Assembly: GCF_035594765.1 (NCBI RefSeq)
Contig: NW_026943822.1
Location: 17,693,769 to 17,757,768 of the forward strand
Length of the DNA: 64,000 bases
Origin: Anolis carolinensis
Lineage: Eukaryota
Direction: 5' to 3'
How positions within the stretch are numbered: the first letter of the stretch is position 1; each line of letters begins with the position of its first letter. Positions 28,937-40,991 of the stretch are shown here, one piece after another. The notes beneath the pieces were generated by a model. The model did not search any database. It saw nothing but the letters and a program-made list of their open reading frames with translations, and was not told the origin of the DNA. The position numbers and the translations under genes are program-made.

Positions 28937-30149
28937 AGGAGCCATACATTGGACTGTGTAAGCTCACCAAGACGTTCCCCGGAACTTTTCTTTCAGAAGT
29001 GCCTCTTTGGCTCCTCTGATGTGGAGCAGCCTGTGGTCAGAAGCGAGGATGAGATGGTGGAGATCTTATCCTACAGGACCATTGGCTCTCCCAATGGAAG
29101 GACTGCAAATGAGGAGGTAAAGCAAATTTATCTTGGACAACGTAAAGCAGGGAGTGCGTCTAAACCAGGCATGGGCATAATTTGGCTCTCCGGGTATTTT
29201 GAACATCAGATGCAAGGAGATCAAGTCCAAAACACCTAGGGTCGAAATTTGCCCTTTACCTGGTCTACACTATAGAATTAATGCAGACTGACCTCATTGA
29301 CTCAATGCTGGGGAACTTTGAACTGCATTATTTGCCAGCCTTACTCTGGGGGTAAATACCATATATACTTAAGAATAAGCCAACCCGAATATAAGCCGAG
29401 GCACCTAATTTTACTGGGAAAACATTGACTCCAGTATAAGCCGAGAGTGGTAAATTTCAGAAATAAAAATAGATACCAATAAAATTACATTCATTGAGGC
29501 ATCAGTAGGTTAAATGTTTTTGAATATTTACATTTTAGGAAAAGACTGTCCAACTCTGGTTAAATCATTATTCTCATCTTCTTCAATGTAAATTTGCTTA
29601 TGTATCCTTTTAATAATAATAGAGTAAAATAATACATGCAATAATAATAATAATAATAATAAATACAGGAAAACAATACATGCAATAATAAATAGAGTAA
29701 AATAAAAAATGTAATATAATAATAATAAGACCAGAGTGAAATAATAAATGTATTAATAATAATAAAAATAGAGTAAAATAAATGTAATAGTAACAACAAT
29801 AATAGAGAAAAATAATAAATGTAATACAGTAGAGTCTCACTTATCCAACATAAACAGGCCCGGCAGAACGTTGGATAAGCAAATATGTTGGATAATAAGA
29901 AGGGATTAAGGAAAAGCCTATTAAAGATCAAATTAGGTTATGATTTTACAAATTAAGCACCAAAACATCATGTTATACAACAAATTTGACAGAAAAAGTA
30001 GTTCAATACGCAGTAATGTTATGTTGTAATTACTGTATTTACAAATTTAGCACCAAAATATCACGATGTATTGAAAACATTGACTACAAAAATGCGTTGG
30101 ATAATCCAGAACGTTGGATAAGCGAATGTTGGATAAGTGAGACTCTATT

Positions 30150-30184
<35 letters not shown>

Positions 30185-33100
30185 CATAATAATAATAATA
30201 AATACAGGAAAATAATACATGTAATAATAAATAGAGTAAAATAATAAATGTAATAATAATAATATCAGAGTGAAATAACAAATGTATTAATTATAAAAAT
30301 AGAGCAAAATAAATGTAATAGTAGCAACAGTAAAAGAGAAAAATAATAAATGTAATAATACCAATAATAATAGAGAAAAATAATAAATGTACCATATATT
30401 CTCGAGTATAAGCTGACCCAAATATAAGCCAACCAGGACCCTCACCTGAGTATAAGCCGAGGGGGGCTTTTTCAGTCTTAAAAAAAAGGGGCTGAAAAAC
30501 TAGGCTTATACTCGAGTATATAGAGTAGTTGTCCAGTGAGTAGATATTTGGTAGCTATACTTTTATACTTTTGTTACCACTATCGTCTTTGCTCAACAGG
30601 TTTCTGGAAAGGCTTGCGAGAATCAGAGACTCTGTCACATCAAGGTAAAACATACTCATACCCTCACTACTGTTAATGTGGGATTTGTGTATTGATAGTG
30701 TTTAAATGAGATTTGTGTCTTGTCTGTATTGCATACTGATTGCATCATCCAGAGTGTGACATAGTCTAGAAAGAGTTAATTACTGACCTTGATGTGTGGC
30801 TGGAACTGGGGAGTGTCCAGACACAAGTGTGTATGCATTACTGATTGCATCAGTTCAGTTCTGTTCTGAGTCAAGTCCTGTGTTCGTCGATTGTCTGCAA
30901 GCCTGTTTGTCTTGATTATTACTGCTTACAGTAAAACTTTGTATATAGTTTTACTAATGTCTCTGGGTCTCTCTTCGTTCTGCGTTCCACTGATTCCATC
31001 CAACTACTGCTGTGCTGCAAATTACTCTGACAACTACACCTGAAAGATGGCAGTTTGTGTTTAGTGGCCATGTTAGAGTGGAAGATGGGAATGATAGTAT
31101 AGAAGGAAGGAGCCCAAGGTATATTGGGTAGCAGGAAAGGGATGCAGAATGTGAAGCTGACATGTTTTAAGAAAAACAACAGGAAGGAGCATGTATGCAA
31201 CATGGATATGTCAGAGAGAATCAGTTGGCCACGTATATTGTTTTATAGGCATGGGCAAACTTGGGCCCTCCAGGTGTTTTGGACTTCAACTCTCACAATT
31301 CCTAACAGCCTACCGGCTGTTATGAATTGTGAGAGTTGAAGTCCAAAACACCTGGAGGGCCCAAGTTTGCCCATGCCAGTTCTATAGCAAAATGTGCTAC
31401 AGGAGGTATCATAACATGACAATATAATCAACCAGCACAATGTTGTTTTCTTCAGTGTTACATTGACGGTCCTTATGGCACTCCCACGCGGAGGATCTTC
31501 ACCTCGGAGCACGCGGTGTTGATCGGCGCAGGGATCGGAATCACTCCTTTTGCCTCTATCTTGCAAAGCATCATGTTCAGGTTGGTCTGCGGCCGGCACA
31601 TTTTGGGGCAGAATGTATATCGTTTAACCCCACCTCAACTGCTATGACTCAATGCTACGGAAGCATGGGAGTTGTAGTTTGGTGAGACACCAGCCCTCTA
31701 TAGCAGAGAAGGTTAAAGATGTTAAAGACTCCCCATGAAAGGCTAAACAACAAGGGGCCGGGCTGTGGCGCAGCTGGCTAGTAACCAGCTGCTATAAATC
31801 ACTACTGACCGAGAGGTCATGAGTTCGAAGCCCGGGTCGGGTTAAGCCTCCAACCATAAAAAAAAAAAAAATAGCCCCGGCTTGCTGTTGACCTAGCAGC
31901 CCCGAAAGACAGTTGCATCTGTCAAGTAGGGAAAATTTAGGTACGCTCTATGCAGGAGGCTAATTTAACTAATCTACAACACCATAAAACTGCTCACGAG
32001 GAAAAGAAGAGGAAGAACAGCCACCAATGGACAGTGAAGCAACAGCTCCCCCTGTGGCCGGAATCGTGAAGCTGGAAAGATGTTAAAAAATGCCTCTGTG
32101 TCTGTCTAAAACTGAATGTTGTTTGTCTGTTGGCATTGAATGTTTGCCATATATGTGTTCATTGTAATCCGCCCTGAGTCCCCTTCGGGGTGAGAAGGGC
32201 GGAATATAAATACTGTAAATAAAGCCTCCTGCTTGTTGCTTCTCCTCCTCTCTCCTCCTGAGTGGAGCTGTTCTATTTGGGGTGTTGATTCAAAATATAA
32301 AAGGTAAAGGTTTCCCCTGATGTTAAGTCCAGTCGTGTTTGACTCTGGGGGTTGGTTCGAAAACATGCCAATGTGAGTAGATCAATAGGTACCGCTCCGG
32401 CGGGAAGGTAACGACGCTCCATGCAGTCATGACCTTGGAGGTGTCTATGGACAACGCCGGCTCTTCGGCTTAGAAATGGAGATGAGCACCAACCCCCAGA
32501 GTCAGACACGACTGAACTTAACATCAGGAGAAACCTTTACCTTATGTAGACTTGTCCATAGCTGCATGGAATACGGTAGACTCCACTATTGTTCATCTTT
32601 CACAATAATGAGCAATATATGTTCCTGACAGTACAGTAGAGTCTCGCTTATCCAACGTAAACGGGCCAGCAGAACGTTGGATAAGCGAATATGTTGGATA
32701 ATAAGGAGGGATTAAGGAAAAGCCTATTCAACATCAAATTAGGTTATGATTTTACAAATGAAGCACCAAAACATCATGTTATACAACAAATTTGACAGAA
32801 AAAGTAGTTCAATACGCAGTAATGCTATGTAGTAATTACTGTATTTACGAATTTAGTACCAAAATATCATGATGTATTGAAAACATTGTCTACAAAAATG
32901 CGTTGGATAATCCAGAACGTTGGATAAGCGAGTGTTGGATAAGTGAGACTCTATTGTATTTAGAATTTTTTAAAAACTGTGAATAGTGTGCATCATTCCA
33001 GATCATTTTTTTTGGATGTTCTGTATCTTGTTTCTTCATAGGCACCATATGCAGAAGCAGACTTCCCGCAGCCAGGACCTCACATTGAATGAGAACCTTA

Positions 33101-35389
33101 AAAACGACAACATGAAACTTCAAAAGGTGAGACAATGCCTCCAGCTGCTGCTTGGCATGATATATATTTGCAAAGCTTTGGAAAGTACCATTTAAATGGG
33201 TTCCTGAGTCAACTCAACACAAATGACCTACTCAATACACAATTGAAAATAAACCAGTTCAGTAAACAATATGTATGGCAAATTAGTTATACTGTTTAAA
33301 TTCACAGTAATAACAAACAACATCAAATGGATTGTCCAATATACATTGAAATACAGTCGGTGTTGTGTATTCTAATGCCGAGAAGAATAAGTCCGCCACG
33401 ACCGGTTTTGGCCCCGCATCAGGCCTTTCTCTGGTGGTCTGAAAATAGTTACGTACACTAACATAAATAAGAAAATATATCCATAGAACATCATCCATTG
33501 CCAAATACTAACCTGGTTCCACACCTAACACTTGTTCTCTTTAGAGATACATGTCATTTACACTGTGAAATATATATCAAAGAAACCAATACAGTAGAGT
33601 CTCACTTATCCAAGCTAAACGGGCCGGCAGAAGCTTGGATCAGCGAATATCTTGGATAATAAGGAGGGATTAAGGAAAAGTCTATTAAACATCAAATTAG
33701 GTTATGATTTTACAAATTAAGCACCAAAATGTCATGTTATACAACAAATTTGACAGTAAAAGTAATTCAATACGCAGTAATGCTATGTTGTAATTACTAT
33801 TACTGTATTTACGAATTTAACACCAAAATATCACAATGTATTGAAAACATTGACTACAAAAATGGCTTGGATTATCCAGAGGCTTGGATAAGCGAGGCTT
33901 GGATAAGTGAGACTCTACTGTAGTTACATACATAAAATATAAGTAACTACCTATCCATTGAACATCAACTATAAAAAATTGCAAAAACTTACACAGTTCC
34001 AAATTTAATACTTGTTCTCCTTAGAGATACAGTACAGTATCATTTATCCAACATAAACGGGCCAGCAGAATGTTGGATAAGCGAATATGTTGGATAATAA
34101 GGAGGGATTAAGGAAAAGTCTATTAAACATCAAATTAGGTTATGATTTTACAAATTAAGCACCAAAACAACAAATTTGACAGAAAAAGTAGTTCAATACG
34201 CAGTAATGCTATGTAGTAATTACCGTATTTACGAGTTTAGCACCAAAATATCATGATATATTGAAAACATTGACTACAAAAATGCGTTGGATAATCCAGA
34301 ACGTTGGATAAGCGAGTGTTGGATAAATGAGACTCTACTGTACATGTTTTTTACAGTGGAATCTAGGTCAAAGGAACAAGGAGTGGCTGTAAGCATCAAA
34401 GAGTTACATACATCCAAAATAATTGTATTTCAATATATATTGGACAATCCATTTGATGTTGTTTGTTATTACTGTGAATTTAAACAGTATAACTAATTTG
34501 CCATACATATTGTTTACTGAACTGGTTAATTTTCAATTGTGTATTGAGTAGGTCATTTGTGTTGAGATGATATATATTTGCCCAACGAAGAGAGACGGTA
34601 ATTGGCAGCATTTTTTCCCCATCACCAGGTGGACTTTATCTGGATTAACCGAGACCAAACATCCTTTGAGTGGTTTGTCAGCCTCCTGATGCAACTGGAA
34701 GGCAGCCAGGCTGATGAAGACCCCAGCGGTAGGTTGGCTCTGTTTTTATGCTGCCATGGCCAAAATAGCACAATTCTATAACATTTAAAAGGTCCCAGGT
34801 TCAAATCCTGGGAGCGGAATGAGCGCCCGCTGTTAGCTCCAGCTCCTGTCTACCTAGCAGTTCGAAAACACACCAATGTGAGTAGATCAATAGGTACCAC
34901 TCCGGCGGGAAGGTAACGGCGCTCCATGCAGTCATGCCTATGGCCACATGACCTTGGAGGTGTCTATGGACAACGCCGGCTCTTTGGCTTAGAAATGGAG
35001 ATGAGCACCAACCCCCAGAGTCGGTCACGACTGGACTTAACGTCAGGGGAAACCTTTACCTTTACCTATAGCATTTATTAAATTCAGTAGACTGTACTAT
35101 TATTGACATTTCCATGGTCAGTCTAGAAACGTATGCCATGTATATATGGGTGTTGTATTGTACTGTAAGTTCCTTTTCCTGCTTACTAACCTTCTTTCCT
35201 TTCTTCAGATTTGCTAAGCATCTCTTTTGGGATTACTGTCAATATTTTAAGTTATTTTAATATTTATAAGATGTGTTATTATACTATGATTTTATTGTGT
35301 TACTGTTTTTATTGATGTACGGTAATACTGTTTTGGGCTTGTTTCAGGGTAAGCCTCCCCAAGTCATTTGGGAGATGGAGCGGGGTATA

Positions 35390-35448
<59 letters not shown>

Positions 35449-37583
35449 CACAGCAAACAAGATAGATATGCTGGATCTCGTTTCACAAAATCACAAGTTG
35501 AACACTTCCCAAGTGTCTAGGACTGTGTGATGTATTTTCGGATGATGCGTGCAGATCCCAGTAGGGTGGCCTTTTGCAGTTGACAGATCGTAATTTTGTC
35601 AATGTCTATTGTTTCCAAATGCCGGCTGAGATCTTTTGGCACGGCACCCAGTGTGCCCATCACCACCGGAACTACCTGTACTGGTTTCTGCCAGAGTCTT
35701 TGAAGTTCAATCTTGAGGTCCTGATAGCGGCTGAGTTTTTCCTGTTGTTTTTCGTCAATGCGACTGTCACCTGGGATGGCAACATCAATGATCCAACCCT
35801 TTTTCTTTTCCACAACTATGATGTCTGGTGTGTTGTGTTCCAGAACTTTGTCAGTCTGAATTTGGAAGTCCCACAGTATCTTTGCGTGTTCATTTTCCAA
35901 TACTTTTGCAGGTTTGGGCCACATGGTTGTGCCTCTGTTTGTAGTCTGTCTGTGCAATTTTCTTACAGCAGCTGAGGATATGATCAATGGTTTTGTCGGT
36001 TTCCTTGCACAGTGAGAGCACCTTGAAGTGGGGCTGAACCCAGTGGCTTTATCAGCAAGATATATAAATAAAAATTAATAATAATAATAATAATCTGCAC
36101 GCATCATCCGAAAATACATCACACAGTCCTAGACACTTGGGAAGTCTTCGACTTGTGATTTTGTGATACGAAATCCAGCATATCTATCTTGTTTGCTGTG
36201 TCATAATAAAATAATACAGTAGAGTCTCACTTATCCAACATAAACGGGCCGGCAGAATGTTGGATAAGCGAATATCTTGGATAATAAGGAGGGATTAAGG
36301 AAAAGCCTATTAAACATCAAATTAGGTTATGATTTTACAAATTAAGCACCAAAATATCATGTTAGACAACAAATTTGGCAGAAAAAGTAGTTCAATATGC
36401 AGTAATGCTATTTAGTAATTACTGTATTTATGAATTTAGCACAAAAATATCACGATATATTGAAAACATTGACTCCAAAAATGCGTAGGATAATCCAGAA
36501 CGTTGGATAAGCGAGTATTGGATAAGTGAGACTCTACTGTAATTACTGTATTTACGAATTTAGCACCAGAATATTATGATGTATTGAAAACATTGACTAC
36601 AAAAATGCGTTGGATAATCCAGAATGTTGGATAAGTGAGACTCTACTGTAATAATAATTCTGACCTTGCTAAAGTATCTATATGTGACCGTGTCCATTTT
36701 CCTCTTAATTGTAACCTCTCGTTGCACTGATTTGCTGTACTCCACTCGCAAAAATACAAAAAAGTCCTGCAAGTTGTTATTTAATGTATTTTCGAAGACT
36801 TTCTTGGCCAGAATCACTGGTGTGTTGTGTGGTTTCCGGACTGTATGGCTATGTTCTAGCTGCATTTTCTCCTGATGTTTCACCTACATCTCTGGTTGGC
36901 ATCTTCAGAGGATCCTCTGAAGATGCCAATCATAGATGTATGCGAAACATCAGGAGATGATGCCGCTAGAACATTGTCATACAGTCTGGAAACCACACAA
37001 CACTCCATTCCTGCACGAATTCTGACATGTCCTTCTGACACCCAGACCGCTTCCTGGAGATGCACCTCTACATGACCTCGGCCCTCAACAGGAATGACAT
37101 GAAGGCCATTGGCTTGCAGGTGGCCTTAGACCTGCTTGCTGAAAAGGAGAAGAAGGACTCCATCACAGGCCTCAAGACAAGGACCCAGCCTGGACGCCCA
37201 AACTGGAACAAGGTGGGCTCCCAAAAGGTTGTCTACTAGCATTTCCAATGCATAGTTTGTTCCCCAGACTTGGGATCTTACTCTTGAGAAACGGAACTTA
37301 CTTCCAAAGTTTACTATTTTCTGGCTTATGGTCCCTTCAATTCCTCTTTCTACGCTGAACTAAATCATGAGAAGAGCAGGATCTAAATTCCGTATGTTAT
37401 TGTTGACAAGTTTAGGGAGAGATGTTACACCTGACTTGTTTTGCTCCCCAGCTTTTCCAGAAACTGGCCAAAGACAACAAAGGGAAGGTCCATGTCTTCT
37501 TCTGCGGCTCTCCGGCTCTGGCCAAAGTCATCAAAGGCCACTGTGAGCAGTTCGGCTTCAGGTTCTTCAAAGAGAACTTCTGA
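13343..37583 (+). CDS. NOX5: NADPH oxidase 5 (EF-hand Ca2+-activated), 16 coding exons, about 756 aa
   Basis: Exons 13343-13462, 15593-15743, 16982-17192, 18677-18911, 20978-21131, 22338-22513, 24027-24209, 25711-25843, 27846-27979, 28997-29116, 30600-30644, 31456-31580, 33042-33126, 34629-34728, 37046-37212, 37452-37583. All are GT-AG with consistent phases (2271 nt). Motifs: EF hands (DSDGSGTISLDE, DVDGSGSIERGE, DSDCSGAITFEE), heme histidines, HPFTISSAP, GIGITPF, VFFCG, terminal KENF*. Confidence 0.96.
13627..15495. mobile_element. hAT-type non-autonomous transposon with internal GC-box tandem repeats
   Basis: TIRs cagtgattcccaaa / tttgggaaccactg; 8-bp TSD gtctagaa / gtctagac. Confidence 0.8.
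14240..15118. mobile_element. Solo LTR nested in the hAT element
   Basis: TG...CA ends; 5-bp TSD ATACC. Confidence 0.8.
16066..16394 (+). mobile_element. Sauria-type SINE (other copies about 18266-18435 minus, 32357-32543, 34787-35067)
   Basis: tRNA-like head ggtggcgcagtg, conserved body, (accttt)n tail. Confidence 0.8.
18963..19437 (+). mobile_element. tRNA-derived SINE with L2-like tail (other copies about 25115-25597 minus, 31755-32222, 39586-39800, 45953-46180 minus)
   Basis: A/B boxes (tggcgcagctgg, gagttcgaagc); tail gccctgagtccccttcggggtgagaagggcgg followed by (taaa)n. Confidence 0.78.
20220..20348. other. Assembly gap
   Basis: Run of N. Confidence 1.
21214..22320. mobile_element. 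Solo LTR containing a nested hAT MITE (21469-22201)
   Basis: TG...CA ends with TSD GAATC. The MITE has caggggt TIRs and an 8-bp TSD ctttacac; a related MITE lies at 17220-17937 (TSD gtctccac). Confidence 0.8.
25862..27422 (+). mobile_element. L1/Tx1-type LINE 3' fragment with nested MITE and Helitron; spans an N gap
   Basis: CWKCGKHNGDFIHMWWRC (L1 ORF2 zinc knuckle); TSD-like tgggtggccgcc(c)agaaa on both sides. A second L1-like insert at about 28064-28632 has TSD aaatagcaccaggc. Confidence 0.72.
26998..27361. other. Assembly gap
   Basis: Run of N. Confidence 1.
30671..31032. mobile_element. Solo LTR
   Basis: TG...CA ends; 5-bp TSD ACTAC. Confidence 0.75.
35447..36012 (-). mobile_element. 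R4/Dong-type LINE 3' fragment
   Basis: ILWDFQIQTD...HNTPDII...IIDVAIPGD (PD..D endonuclease) next to an (AAT)n tract. Other fragments at 28721-28898, 36095-36213 and 40820-40940. Confidence 0.82.
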
Positions 37584-38327
37584 AGGTTGGATTCTCCATG
37601 TCTCCATCCCTGCTGGGTTGGGAAGCCCCATCTTCTCCGTCCGGACTCCTTCCTTGGAGAGCTTTCACTATGAGAGGCATCCAGAAACACCTTTTGTTTC
37701 GTCTTCTCTAGTTTGTAGGAGCTCCTCAGAGCTCTTCAGAGGCACCGCCGGGTCCCCAAGCTAGTTCTCAATAAATTTATTTATTTATTTATTAGCTACA
37801 TTTATATGCCGCCCTTCTCACCCCGAAGGGGACTCAGAGCGGCTTACAAATTAAATTTACATACAATATTATCTTAGCATAGTACAATACTGGTAATAAA
37901 ATTACTATATTGTACTGTATCAATATATTGTAATATTATTAGTAATATTACATGTAAAATATAATAGATAATGAATATTATATTGTATTATTAGTATTAT
38001 ATCGTATTGCAAATAAAATAAAATAAAATAAAATGGAAAAAAATTATTGGAACATTTTCTATCATTAATACAAAAATATATTCTAGTTGCACGTGACTCT
38101 TTTTTTTAATGATTTTTATTGATATATCATATTTAAAAGAGCAGAGTAAGTGAGAGGGGAGTAGGTATAGGAAAGAATGTAGAGATAGTTGGGATCAGGT
38201 CAGGGAGTGGGAACTGGATTAAAGTTAGGGGGATTTTTAGAAAAAGCTGTCAGCCAGAGAGCCAAGGCAAGAATACTAAAAAACGAAAGATTTTTGCCTG
38301 TTGTACATGTCTCTTGATGGGAAATGC

Positions 38328-40203
38328 TTACAAAACCCTGGCTTCCCTCTTGGCTTGTTTTAGAAGCTGCATCTCTTTATCTATCAGATCCTTCAGCACC
38401 TGTTGGGTCTGACGGTTTGGATTTTCACAGAACACAGCCTTGATGGTCTTCAGGATGGCTATCGCTTTGTCCACAATCTCTTTGGATGCTTTTCTATTTG
38501 GAGAATTTCGCACAAAGGAACTTAGTCGGGCAGTGAAATGATCCAGCACTCTCAAAAATGATTTGAGCTTCGCCAATTCCATTTGCAGTTGGGCCAACTT
38601 GAGGTCTGTCGAGTCAGGGGTGGTGGGTGTCTCCACGTGGATCGTCAACGACACCGTGGTGGCCGGGGGCGAAGGCACGATGGTGTCATTGGCCACCTCC
38701 TCCTGCTTCTGTTTGAAACCCTTGACCAGCTTATTCTCCGCATTTTTCACCAGCGCCAGCATCTCTCTCAGGTAATCTTTGACATTCTCGAGCTTTGTGT
38801 TGAAGTCTGGGTCAATTTTAACAACCACCGGAGTATTCCTTAACATTTTGGTCAAGACATCAATCAAGCCCATGATGTCTCCTCTGGAAGATTTATGATT
38901 CCAGGTGAAATGATTGGTTTTCACTATGGCTATGTTGTTATTTTTCGGTGGCTTTTCTGAATGGGAAGAATAGATGGCAACCGATGCGCTCATTACGTGA
39001 TGGGTGACTTTTGGAGAGACGACCTCGGCCACAGCAGGCGTGTCCGGACGCAGAATGATGGTGCCATGTATATCACTCTGAGGCCTCGAGGGTGATGTCT
39101 CAAAGCTGACCTCCACCTTCTGTGGCAGAATGCTGATCACGGGTTCTTCTGTGACAGAAAGAGTTATCCCATTCTGGGGAACCTCTTGAGTGGTGGTCTC
39201 TTGGGTGGTGGTTGTGTCCTTGTGCAGCACGATGGTGGCAATTTTGTCATTCCGCAGTCTCCAAAAAGCTGTTGTCGTTGGGGTGTGATGTACTTCGGTT
39301 CCGGTCGTCTCCAATCTCTGTGATCCTGATCCCTCTGGTCGTTCTGATCTCTCTGAAAAGCAGAAAGTCAGGCCGTGTAAGTGACAGCTGGATGCCTCTA
39401 GTTCAGGGGTCCCTAAAATTTTTAAACACGAGGCCAATTCACTGTCCCTCAGACTGCTGGAGTGCAAGACTATAGTTTTTTGTAAAAAACTATGAACAAA
39501 TTCCTATGCACACTACACATATCTTATTTTGAAGTAAAAACAAAACAAAATGGGAACAAATACAACCTCAATGTTGTATTTGTGGTGGGCTGTGGCGCAG
39601 GCTGATAAGCAGTCAGCTGCAGCCAGCTGCAACAAATCACTCTGACCAAGAGGTCATGAGTTCGAGGCCAGCTCGGAGCTGCGTTTGTCTCTGTCTTTGT
39701 TCTATGTTAAGGCACTGAATGTTTGCCTTATATGTGTAATGTGATCCGCCCTGGGTCCCCTTCGGAGTGAGAAGGGCGCAATATAAATACTGTAAATGAT
39801 AAATTGTGGATAATAAAACCAAAAGGAAGAAGAACGGAAGCTGAATTTTTTTTATTCCATTTTTTACATTTTTATCTTTTTTCTACTATATTACTAAATA
39901 TATTTCTTCTCTCTTTTCTTCTCTCTCTTTTTCTTTTTTCTTCCCTCTCTCCCCTTTTTTTCTTTACCACCTCCCCCTCCCTTTTCACTTTCTTTTCTAG
40001 ATCCATGATTGTTCTCACTCTTTCAATGTTTAAAACTTCCTAATAAAAACTATTTTAAAAAAATAACAAAAAGGGTTGGAAGAGACCCCTTGGTCCATCT
40101 AGTCCAACTCCTTTCTGCTTTTGTGCACCAAAACAGAATCAAAGCACCCCTGACAGATGGCCACCCAGCCTCAATGTGAAGAAGAAGAAGAAGAAGAAGA
40201 AGG

Positions 40204-40257
<54 letters not shown>

Positions 40258-40941
40258 GTTGGAAGAGACCCCTTGGGACATTTAGTCCAACCCCCGTCTG
40301 CCTTTGATAGAATTGTGCTTTTCCGGAATGGCACGGGGATGGACTTGATGACCCCCGTGGTGTCTTCCAGCTCTATGATTCTATGATTTTCCAAAATTTC
40401 ATTGAAAAGGAACTTACTCTGGCCGCCTTGTTGCCCTGCCGAAATATGTACCGTCGCCATTGGTTCGATGGAAATCTGCACAAGGAAAAAGAAAGGCAAC
40501 ACTAGCCATTTCCATTGGATTGTTATGGTATTTTCTTTTCATCCTTTGCCACAAGCCTGAATTTCAAAATGCAGGAGGGTTCGGAGTCGTGTGCCTTCAA
40601 GTCATTCCTGGCTTGTAAGGCAGTCTTTCTCACGGGGTTTCTTAATGAAATTCGTTCAGAAGGGGTTTTTTTTTCCTTCCCATAAAATGTCTTGACTTGA
40701 GAACATCCAAAATACAACCCTCTTGAACTAAGATTACCTGTAAATGTTGAACATTTTGAAAATCCCGGTGCAGATCTGAAGAAAGAAATGGTTGTTGTTA
40801 TTATTATTATTATTTTATTATGACACAGCAAACAAGATAGATATGCTGGATTTCGTATCACAAAATCACAAGTCGAACACTTCCCAAGTGTCTAGGACTG
40901 TGTGATGTATTTTCAGATGATGCGTACAGATCCCAGTAGGG

Positions 40942-40991
<50 letters not shown>

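Noticed and set aside
39353-39467. N-terminal part of the 379-aa ORFs (also 57235-57349) as a single-exon gene start
   Set aside because: The start is TTG, and the stretch is intronic hAT-MITE sequence upstream of a clear acceptor. The real start is the signal-peptide exon.
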